The notes beneath the pieces are model-generated. The model was not told the DNA's origin and searched no databases. It saw only the letters and a list, made by a program, of their open reading frames with translations. Both the position numbers and the translations under genes were made by a program. A stretch of 64,000 bases of DNA from Gemmatimonadota bacterium (GTDB taxonomy: Bacteria; Gemmatimonadota; Gemmatimonadetes; Gemmatimonadales; JACORV01): NCBI GenBank assembly GCA_041484135.1, contig JBGPHD010000001.1:844-64843 (forward strand). The letters run 5' to 3'. The first letter of the stretch is position 1, and each line of letters starts with the position of its first letter. Below, piece by piece: positions 49,579 to 57,040 of this stretch.

Positions 49579-51831
49579 ATGTTCCGACGTCTGCTGCTCA
49601 CCACCGCCCTGGCCGTTGCGACGGCCGGGACCCTGAACGCCCAAGGCTGGATCGAGCTGGAGCGGCCCATCAGGCCCGGGATCAATCCCGGGTCCGTGGT
49701 GCGCATCAGCTCCAACGTGCGCACCCGGATCGAAGGCCGGGTCGCCAGCGTGGAGGTCGAAGAGCAGTTCCGCAACGCCGGCGGCGGCATGGCCGAGGGG
49801 ACGTACATCTACCCGATGCCGGGCGAGGCCGTGTTCCAGAACTTCTCCCTCTGGATCGGCGAGAACGAAGTTCGCGGCGAGATGATGAACGCCGAGCAGG
49901 CGCGCGGCATCTACGAGGAGATCGTCCGCCGGGTGCGCGACCCCGCGCTCCTGACGCTCGAGGGCTACGGGCTGATCCGCGCCCGCGTCTTCCCGATCCC
50001 GCCCGGTGAGACGCGCCGGGTGGTCCTCCGCTACACCCAGCTCCTCCAGCGCAACGGCGACGCGCTCCGGTTGCGGTACGCCATCGGCAGCCGCGACGCG
50101 GGCTCCGGCACCGGCGCGCTGAACGAGGCCGGCGGGCTCCGGGACAACTTCCGCTACCGCGTCACCGTGCCGAACGCCGACATCTACGGCACGCCGTACT
50201 CCCCGACGCACCGCATCACTTCGCGGCGCTCCGGCGACGACCTCCTGATCACGCTCGACTCCAACGCCACCGGCGACGTCGAGCTCTTCATCCCGGTGCG
50301 CCGCGGCCTGGTGGGCACCAGCCTCGTCACCTACGCGCCCGGGAGCGAGAACGGGTACTTCATGCTGCTCGTCTCGCCGCCGCAGACCGAGGACGGTGCC
50401 GTGCAGCCCCGGGACCTCACCCTCGTGGTGGACGTCTCCGGGTCGATGTCGGGCGACAAGATCGAGCAGGCCAAGGCCGCGCTCCGTCAGGCGCTCGGCA
50501 CCCTGCGCGCCGAGGACCGGTTCCGGCTCATCAGCTTCTCGAGCCGCGTGACCAACTTCCGTGACGGCTTCACGGCCGCGACGGCGGAGAACCTGTCGGC
50601 GGCCCGCGCCTTCGTGGACGGGCTCATCGCCGACGGCGGCACCAACATCGCCGGCGCGCTCGAGGCGGCGCTCGGCAGCACGGTGGCCGAGGAGCGGCTG
50701 CCGATCATCGTCTTCGTGACCGACGGCATCCCGTCCGTCGGCGACCAGGCACCCGAGCACATCGCGCAGACGGCGGGGAGCCACATCGGCCGCGCGCGCA
50801 TCTTCACCGTGGGCGTCGGCAGCGACGTCAACACCTATCTCCTTGACCGGCTCGCCACCGAAGGCCGCGGCACGGCGGAGTACGTCGCGCCCGACGCCAA
50901 CGTCGAGGTGGCCATGGGCGGGTTACTGGGCAAGATCGCGCATCCGGCGCTCACCAACCTCAGGATCGAAGGCGCGCCGGTGACGTTGCAGCAGACCTAT
51001 CCCTCGCGCCTCCCCGACGTCTTCTTCGGCGAGGAGCTGGTGATCTTCGGCCGGTATCAGGGCGAAGCGAACGGCCAGATCACGGTGGTCGGCCAGCGGA
51101 ACGGCCGCACCGAGCGGTTCACCACCGACGCCGCCTTCCCGGCGAGCGAGACCGACAACGCGTTCATCCCGCGGCTCTGGGCCTCGCGCCGCATCGGCGA
51201 GCTGACCCGGCAGATCCGCATCGAAGGCGCCACGCCGGCCCTGATCCAGGACGTGCGTGACCTCGGCCTCCGGTACGGGATCCTCACGGAGTACACGTCG
51301 TACCTCGTGCAGGAGCCGACCCCGAGCGTCGGAATGCGTCGCGACGCCCGGCCCAACGAAGCGCCTTCGGCGATGCCCGCCAGCCCGGCACTCCAGGGCG
51401 GCGCCGGCGCCGCGCGCACCCAGACCGGCCTCGACGCCTTCCAGCGCGCCCGCGCCAGCTCTTCGATGATGGGAGCGGGCTCCCTCGCCGCCGCCGACCA
51501 GGCGGCCGAGACGCGGTTGGGCGAACTGGCCAGCGGCCCCAACCACGGCCGGAACGTCCGCCGGGTGGGGGGTAAGCTGTTCGTGCAGATCGGGACCGTC
51601 TGGACGGACGTCGCGCACCAGGACAGCTTGAGAGTGGAGCAAGTCGCTCCGTTCAGCGAGGCGTACTTCCAATTGGTGCGCGTCTTGCCGCAGATCGCGC
51701 CGTACCTCAGGATCGGTGACGAGGTCCTGGTGGCCGGCCGGCACGCCAGCATCAAGTTGACGCCCACGGGTGCCACCACCTGGCGGCCGGGGCAGTTGCA
51801 GACCCTGGTGAGGGCGTTCCGAGGAGCGTAA
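49579..51831 (+). CDS. Secreted VIT + von Willebrand factor type A domain protein
   Basis: Trimmed to the ATG at 49579 (GGGAGG 7 nt upstream). Signal MFRRLLLTTALAVATAGTLNAQG. VIT-like RVASVEVEEQFRN...FQNFSLWIGENEVRGEMM. vWA MIDAS LVVDVSGSMSGDK...ADGGTNI. Confidence 0.85.
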   Translation: MFRRLLLTTALAVATAGTLNAQGWIELERPIRPGINPGSVVRISSNVRTRIEGRVASVEVEEQFRNAGGGMAEGTYIYPMPGEAVFQNFSLWIGENEVRGEMMNAEQARGIYEEIVRRVRDPALLTLEGYGLIRARVFPIPPGETRRVVLRYTQLLQRNGDALRLRYAIGSRDAGSGTGALNEAGGLRDNFRYRVTVPNADIYGTPYSPTHRITSRRSGDDLLITLDSNATGDVELFIPVRRGLVGTSLVTYAPGSENGYFMLLVSPPQTEDGAVQPRDLTLVVDVSGSMSGDKIEQAKAALRQALGTLRAEDRFRLISFSSRVTNFRDGFTAATAENLSAARAFVDGLIADGGTNIAGALEAALGSTVAEERLPIIVFVTDGIPSVGDQAPEHIAQTAGSHIGRARIFTVGVGSDVNTYLLDRLATEGRGTAEYVAPDANVEVAMGGLLGKIAHPALTNLRIEGAPVTLQQTYPSRLPDVFFGEELVIFGRYQGEANGQITVVGQRNGRTERFTTDAAFPASETDNAFIPRLWASRRIGELTRQIRIEGATPALIQDVRDLGLRYGILTEYTSYLVQEPTPSVGMRRDARPNEAPSAMPASPALQGGAGAARTQTGLDAFQRARASSSMMGAGSLAAADQAAETRLGELASGPNHGRNVRRVGGKLFVQIGTVWTDVAHQDSLRVEQVAPFSEAYFQLVRVLPQIAPYLRIGDEVLVAGRHASIKLTPTGATTWRPGQLQTLVRAFRGA

Positions 51832-52332
51832 ACGAGCGACATCGGTGAGCTGTACACGAAGTATCACGGTTCGCTCGTCCGGCTGCTGTACCGCCGGACG
51901 GGCGACCGTGACCATGCGGAGGACCTGGCCCAGGAGGTGTTCGTCAGGGCCATGGAAGCGCCGCCCCAGAACCCGAAGCCGTGGCTCTTCGCGGTGGCGC
52001 TGAACCTGGTGCGCGACGACGGACGTCGCGCGGTGCGGCAGGAACGGAAGCTGGCGCTGCTCAAGGGCGAGCAGGGTGAGGCCTCGGCGCCGGCCGCGGA
52101 TGACGAAGTCGAGCGAGGCGAGCGGATCGAGGCGGTGCGGGCGGCGCTGGCGCAGTTGTCGGAGAACGACCGTGAGGCGCTGCTGCTCAAGGCCGAGGGG
52201 TTCAACTACGACGAGATCGCGTCGGCCCTGGGGCTCGCCAAGGGCGCGATCGGGACCACCCTGGCGCGCGCGCGACGCCGCCTGGTGGAGGCGTACCGCG
52301 CAAAGGGAAGGATGAGGGATGTCGCACGTTGA
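51832..52332 (+). CDS. ECF-type sigma-70 factor; start codon unresolved (coordinates give the open frame after the upstream TAA)
   Basis: Own translation from 51832: TSDIGELYTKYHGSLVRLLYRRTGDRDHAEDLAQEVFVRAMEA...PWLFAVALNLVRD (region 2), then ENDREALLLKAEGFNYDEIASALGLAKGAIGTTLARARRRL (region 4). The first canonical start (GTG 51937, used by the track) would delete region 2.1/2.2. Confidence 0.7.
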   Translation, partial: TSDIGELYTKYHGSLVRLLYRRTGDRDHAEDLAQEVFVRAMEAPPQNPKPWLFAVALNLVRDDGRRAVRQERKLALLKGEQGEASAPAADDEVERGERIEAVRAALAQLSENDREALLLKAEGFNYDEIASALGLAKGAIGTTLARARRRLVEAYRAKGRMRDVAR

Positions 52333-53779
52333 CGATGGGCAGCTGAACGCGCTCCTGGACGGAGAGCTCGCCCCGGCCGATGCCCAGGCGATCGAGGCGC
52401 ACGTCGCCTCGTGCGCCGTGTGCGCCCGGCGGCTCGAGGAGGCGCGGCAGTTCCTGGCCGAATCGTCGAGCCTGCTCGATGTGCTCGTCCCGCCGGAGCT
52501 GCCCGTGGCTCGTCCCGAGGTCCCGGCGCCCGCGGCAGGTCTCGTCGGCGCCACGCCGGTCGCGCCCGCCCTGGACCTCGCGCCCGCGGTGCCCGCGCCC
52601 GCCGCGGGCGGCGAGCGCCGCCCCACCAGGACGGCGAAGGAGGTCGCGCTCGACATCGACGGCTCCACCCAGAAGAGCCCGGCGATCCGGCCCATCTTCC
52701 CGCGCGAAGTGGAGCGCCGCGCCGCGGCCGCCGCCGAGGAGAGCACGAAGGGCGCGCCCAAACGGCGCGTCGATTGGACGCAGCTCGCCTGGGCGGCGAC
52801 GGTCGTGCTGGCCATGGGCGTCACGTGGATGGTGAGCGAGATCCGCCACGCCGGCGGTGCGCCTTCCGCCGAGCGGGTCGCGGTGAACGACGGTGCCTCA
52901 ACAGCGACGGCGGCGCGCGAGCCGGCGGCCGCGGTCGCCACCGGCCCTGCCGCGGGTGCCGGCGCGCACCGGCGCGCGGCGCCGCCGCCGCGCGCGGTGG
53001 CCACCAAGCCACCTAACGCCCGGGGCAACAAGCCGCTCCCGGCCGAGGACGCGACCCCGATCGGCCGGACGGGCGCGCTCGCCAGCAGGGCGCGCGACCA
53101 GGCCGGATTGGACCGTGCCAGCGCGCCGGCAGCCATGGGCGCGATGCAGGCCCCCGCCCCGCCCGCGCCGGTCGCTCCCACCACGCCTCGGCAGCAACCG
53201 CCGACCGCCGCCGCGAACCAGGAGCGTGGCGAGCGCCTCGCGCCGCCCACCGCCTCGCCCCTGGCCGGCGCGGCGGGCGTCGGGGGCGCGGGCGCCCCGG
53301 CGGCTCCGGCGGCCCGCGCGCCCTCCGCGGACCTGCTCGGACGCGCCGTCCGCCGCGACACCGCGCGCGAGGAGGTGCTCACATCCTTCCGCCGTATCAC
53401 GCTCGACCAGGCGGCGCGCCGCCTTTCCGGCGCCATCCGCCTCATCGACGGGCGTCCCTGGGACCACGTCGAGGTGGGGCCGGGCCGGCTCGTCCCGGGC
53501 TCCGACCGGCTCCATGACGTGGTCCGGGTCTTCTATTTCGACGATCGGGGCCGCCCGCTGATCCTTGATCAGCAGCGCATCCCCGCGCCGGCGGACACGG
53601 CGGGCGAGGCGCGGGCCGCCATCGGGACGCTCGGCATGGCGCCCGGCGACACGTTGGTCACGACCGCGCCGAGCGGCCTGACGCGCATCCGGTGGCTCGA
53701 CCGGAAGTACTTCTGGCTGAGCTTGTCGGGGAACATGCCGGCGGACAGCCTGCGCATGCTGGTGGTGCGGGTGAGATAA
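52319..53779 (+). CDS. Membrane anti-sigma factor (zf-HC2 N-terminus, long Ala/Pro-rich region, C-terminal domain)
   Basis: 486 aa. The ATG overlaps the sigma 3' end by 14 nt. MSHVDDGQLNALLDGEL...HVASCAVC. TM WAATVVLAMGVTWMV. About 200 aa of Ala/Pro-rich low complexity. Confidence 0.7.
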   Translation: MSHVDDGQLNALLDGELAPADAQAIEAHVASCAVCARRLEEARQFLAESSSLLDVLVPPELPVARPEVPAPAAGLVGATPVAPALDLAPAVPAPAAGGERRPTRTAKEVALDIDGSTQKSPAIRPIFPREVERRAAAAAEESTKGAPKRRVDWTQLAWAATVVLAMGVTWMVSEIRHAGGAPSAERVAVNDGASTATAAREPAAAVATGPAAGAGAHRRAAPPPRAVATKPPNARGNKPLPAEDATPIGRTGALASRARDQAGLDRASAPAAMGAMQAPAPPAPVAPTTPRQQPPTAAANQERGERLAPPTASPLAGAAGVGGAGAPAAPAARAPSADLLGRAVRRDTAREEVLTSFRRITLDQAARRLSGAIRLIDGRPWDHVEVGPGRLVPGSDRLHDVVRVFYFDDRGRPLILDQQRIPAPADTAGEARAAIGTLGMAPGDTLVTTAPSGLTRIRWLDRKYFWLSLSGNMPADSLRMLVVRVR

Positions 53780-53802
53780 CTCCCTTCAACGCTTTTCTTG
53801 CT

Positions 53803-55008
53803 TCAGCTCTTTTCCGGGACCGTCCCCGCCACGATGTGCTTCTGCAGCAGATCGAACTCCGCCGCCCGGTCCTGCGAATTCAGGTTCACCATCACCGCGC
53901 CCGTCAGCCGGAAGCCCCGCATGTAGAGCGCCGTGAAATTCGGCTCCTGGACGTCGGGGGAACCCCGGATCTCCACGCTGTCCGGGTTGTCGGTGTCACC
54001 GAGCACGTTGATGGTGATGTCGAGCAGGTCGGAGAAGAACGCCGACTGGTGGGTGTACGCTTCGCCGGCGCCCGCCATGTTCCGTCCCGCCTGCTTCCCC
54101 TGGGCCTGCGCGTTGTCCCAATGCTCGAGCCGCTTGGGCTGCTTGGTGATGGGGTCCGGGAACCGGGCGATGTCGCCGGCGGCCCAGACGTTCTTGCCCG
54201 GGGTCTCGAGCCGGAGATTGACGATGACGCCTCCCCGGTCGATCGAGAAGCCGGAGGTCGCGAGCCAGTCGGTATTGGGCTCGGCGCCCACCCCCACCAC
54301 CGCGAGCTGCGCCGGGACCTGCTCGCCGTCATCGGTGATGACCGCCGCGAGCTTGTTGTCCTGCGCCCGGAACCGCGCCACCCGCACCCCCGTGCGGACC
54401 TTGATCCCCTGGCTCTCCAGCAGCTGCTGGAAGAAGGCCGAGAGGCTCGGGTCGGAGAACCGGGGGTACACGGTCGGCCCGACCTCCAGGACCGTGACCT
54501 CGGCGCCCAGATGGCGGATCGTGGCGGCCACCTCCATGCCGATGAACGAGCCACCCACCAGCACCACTCTGGTCCCGGGCTTCACCGCCGTCCGGAGCGC
54601 ATAGCAGTCCTGGAGGGTGCGCAGGTAGAGCACGCCCGGGGTGTCGGCGCCGGGGACGGTGAGCTTCCGCGCCCGGCACCCGGTGGCGAGGAGGAGCCGG
54701 TCGTAGGAGAGCCGTTCCCCGTTCTCGAGGGTGACGCCCTGCTTGCCGATGTGGACCGACTTGGCGGTCTGATTGAGCCTGACGGTGACGTGGTTCTTGG
54801 GATACCAGGCCGCCTCGTGGATCCGCACGGCCTCGACCTGGTCCTTGCCGGCCAGGAAGGTCTTCGAGAGGGGGGGCCGATGGTAGGGAAGCTCGCGCTC
54901 GGCGGTGAGGAGGGTGATCGGCCCTTCCTCGTCGACCTCGCGGATGCCTTCGATGGCGCTGGCGGCCGCAAGGCCTCCACCTACGATGATGTACGGCGTC
55001 GCTGCCAT
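53803..55008 (-). CDS. FAD-dependent pyridine nucleotide-disulfide oxidoreductase (ferredoxin reductase/AIF-like)
   Basis: 401 aa. YIIVGGGLAAASAIEG, a second Rossmann motif VVLVGGSFIGMEVAA, and VWAAGDIARF. Confidence 0.85.
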   Translation of the reverse strand: MAATPYIIVGGGLAAASAIEGIREVDEEGPITLLTAERELPYHRPPLSKTFLAGKDQVEAVRIHEAAWYPKNHVTVRLNQTAKSVHIGKQGVTLENGERLSYDRLLLATGCRARKLTVPGADTPGVLYLRTLQDCYALRTAVKPGTRVVLVGGSFIGMEVAATIRHLGAEVTVLEVGPTVYPRFSDPSLSAFFQQLLESQGIKVRTGVRVARFRAQDNKLAAVITDDGEQVPAQLAVVGVGAEPNTDWLATSGFSIDRGGVIVNLRLETPGKNVWAAGDIARFPDPITKQPKRLEHWDNAQAQGKQAGRNMAGAGEAYTHQSAFFSDLLDITINVLGDTDNPDSVEIRGSPDVQEPNFTALYMRGFRLTGAVMVNLNSQDRAAEFDLLQKHIVAGTVPEKS

Positions 55009-55135
55009 GCCGGCTGGTCCGCCCTGAGGGTGAGGTGGGCACTAACTTACGATGGAGACGGCGGATAGCCAAGACGGGGAAACCGGTGGCCGACCCCCGT
55101 CCCCGGACCCGTTTCGTGACCCCGACCCTTCCCTG

Positions 55136-55145
55136 CCCCCCCCCC
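55136..55145 (+). repeat. Homopolymeric C10 tract
   Basis: Ten consecutive C read directly at 55136..55145, 6 nt upstream of TAGAAT (55152..55157) and 23 nt upstream of the kinase ATG. Confidence 0.9.
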
Positions 55146-55168
55146 GCGCAGTAGAATGTACGGCCCCC

Positions 55169-57040
55169 ATGCCGACCGAACTCAAGTGCCCGCGCTGCAA
55201 TGCAGCGGTCCCGGAGACGAGCCGATTCTGCTCGACCTGCGGGGCGGCGGTCACCAATCCGGGCGATACGGGGGGGTCCTCTTCCGACCGTCTCAGTGAT
55301 TCCGGCGCGCTCCAGCTCAAGATCCTGCTGCTCGAGGAAACCAAAGGCGAGTACGAGATCGAGGACGAGCTCGGCCGCGGGGGCATGGCGGTGGTCTACA
55401 AGGCGCGCGAGGTCCACCTCGCGCGTGAGGTCGCCCTCAAGGTGCTGCCGCCCGAGCTGACCTTCGGCAAGGGCGCGATCGAGCGCTTCAAGCGTGAGGC
55501 AAAGACCGCGGCCGCGCTCGATCATCCCAACATCATCCCGATCTACCGCATCACGCCCGGCGGCCGGCTCTTCTGGTACGCGATGAAGTTCCTCGAGGGC
55601 CACTCGCTCGCGGACATCCTCGAGGAGAAGGGCCTGCTCACCGTCCCCGAGACGGTCGCCATCCTCGAGCAGGTGGCCGAGGCGCTCGATTACGCCCACC
55701 AGCGCAGCGTCATCCACCGGGACGTGAAGCCCGGCAACGTCATGCTCGACGCCCGGGGCCGGGTCATCATGACCGACTTCGGGATCGCCAAGGAGCTGCA
55801 GAGCGGCGCGCTCACCGGCTCGGGCGCGATCCTCGGCACCCCGTATTACATGTCCCCCGAACAGTGTCGCGGCGGGACCCTCACCGGCGCGGCGGACCAG
55901 TACTCACTTGGCATCATGGCGTACCAGATGCTGAGCGGCCACCTGCCCTTCGAGGCCGAGTCCGCGATCGACCTCTTGCACAAGCACTGCGTGGAGCCGC
56001 CGCCCCCGCTCGAGGCGCTGCTGCCTTCGCTCCCCAAGCACGTCATCGCCGCGGTGAACCGCTCGGTGTCGAAGAAGGCGGAGGAGCGCTACCCCACGGT
56101 CACGGCGTTCGTGAACGCGATGAAGGGCCAGGCCACGGTCGGCCAGGGGGACGCGACGCTGATCATGCACCGGCGCGCGTCGGTCAAGGCGAAGCTCAGC
56201 GAGCTCGCGACGGCCCAGAAGAAGCCGTCGAGGCTCAGGTCCATCGGGCAGCTCGTGGTCGGGATCGTGGCGGTGGGCGGTCTCGTGGCCGGCAGCGTCT
56301 GGTTCGCCACGCGCGGCCAGGAGAGCGCGCCCCAGGCCGGCGCGCCGGCGCCGCAGCGGACCGACAGCGCGACCCCGGCGCCGGTGCCGGCCGCCCCGAC
56401 GACGGGCCTGGTCACGGTCGAGAGCCTGCCCGCCGGCGGCAAGGTCACGATCGACGGGCGCGACACGACGGGCGCGTCGTTCACGTTGAGCAAGGGCCCG
56501 CACGTTCTCGGTCTTTTGGCGACGGGCTTCGAACCGATGGTTGATTCGGTGACGCTGGCCGGCGGCGATACCAGCCGGGTGGTGTTCAACGCGCGCCGGC
56601 TCACGCCGCCGCCGGCGCCCAGGAACGACCGTGCCGCCGCGGACCGCGCGGCCGGCGCGCGCCGTGACTCCATCAACCGGGCCAACAGGCTCGCTGCGAC
56701 GGCACGCGCCGAATCGGTCCGCCGCGCCAACCGCACCCGCGATTCCCTCGCCGCGATAGCGACGCGGGCCCGCCGCGACTCCGCCACCGCCCCGCCGGTC
56801 GCCGCCGGGAAGGGTTACGTGCGCGTGACGCTGACCGGTGGCTTCGGCGACATCACGGTGGACGGCGCCCCCCGGCGTTCGGGCCTCGGTTGGGCAGACT
56901 CCCTCCCCGCTGGCGGCCACGTGATCTCGGTCACTCGCGCCGGCGGGTGGACCGCTGAGCCGGCGTCGCGCCGGATCACCGTGCGCGCGGGCCAGGACCA
57001 GACCTTCACTTTCGTTATGCGCCCGCCGAGCACTCCGTGA
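55169..57040 (+). CDS. Ser/Thr protein kinase with N-terminal zinc ribbon, one TM and extracytoplasmic PEGA-like domains
   Basis: Trimmed to the ATG at 55169. CPRCNAAVPETSRFCSTCG. GRGGMAVVYKA, VALKVL, HRDVKPGNVML, DFGIAK, GTPYYMSPEQ. TM LVVGIVAVGGLVAGSVWFA. PEGA-like GLVTVESLPAGGKVTIDG and GYVRVTLTGGFGDITVDG. Confidence 0.85.
   Translation: MPTELKCPRCNAAVPETSRFCSTCGAAVTNPGDTGGSSSDRLSDSGALQLKILLLEETKGEYEIEDELGRGGMAVVYKAREVHLAREVALKVLPPELTFGKGAIERFKREAKTAAALDHPNIIPIYRITPGGRLFWYAMKFLEGHSLADILEEKGLLTVPETVAILEQVAEALDYAHQRSVIHRDVKPGNVMLDARGRVIMTDFGIAKELQSGALTGSGAILGTPYYMSPEQCRGGTLTGAADQYSLGIMAYQMLSGHLPFEAESAIDLLHKHCVEPPPPLEALLPSLPKHVIAAVNRSVSKKAEERYPTVTAFVNAMKGQATVGQGDATLIMHRRASVKAKLSELATAQKKPSRLRSIGQLVVGIVAVGGLVAGSVWFATRGQESAPQAGAPAPQRTDSATPAPVPAAPTTGLVTVESLPAGGKVTIDGRDTTGASFTLSKGPHVLGLLATGFEPMVDSVTLAGGDTSRVVFNARRLTPPPAPRNDRAAADRAAGARRDSINRANRLAATARAESVRRANRTRDSLAAIATRARRDSATAPPVAAGKGYVRVTLTGGFGDITVDGAPRRSGLGWADSLPAGGHVISVTRAGGWTAEPASRRITVRAGQDQTFTFVMRPPSTP

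Noticed and set aside
51829-51831. Programmed read-through of the TAA to make a vWA-sigma fusion protein
   Set aside because: The upstream protein has a signal peptide and would be exported, which is incompatible with a cytoplasmic sigma domain. Non-canonical initiation or a sequence error is more economical. It is kept as a minor alternative in the finding.
50923-53445. 840-aa minus-strand ORF antisense to the vWA, sigma and anti-sigma genes. Similar giants occur at 47478-49559, 57805-59802, 20203-22101, 5481-6944 and 732-2066.
   Set aside because: All have Arg/Ala/Gly/Pro-dominated translations, lack recognisable domains, and lie opposite frames that have strong family signatures. I treated them as shadow ORFs.
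55129-55134. A -35 element partnering the TAGAAT upstream of the second kinase
   Set aside because: The sequence at the expected distance (TTCCCT) is a poor match to TTGACA. I therefore report only the -10-like hexamer and the C10 tract, not a full promoter.
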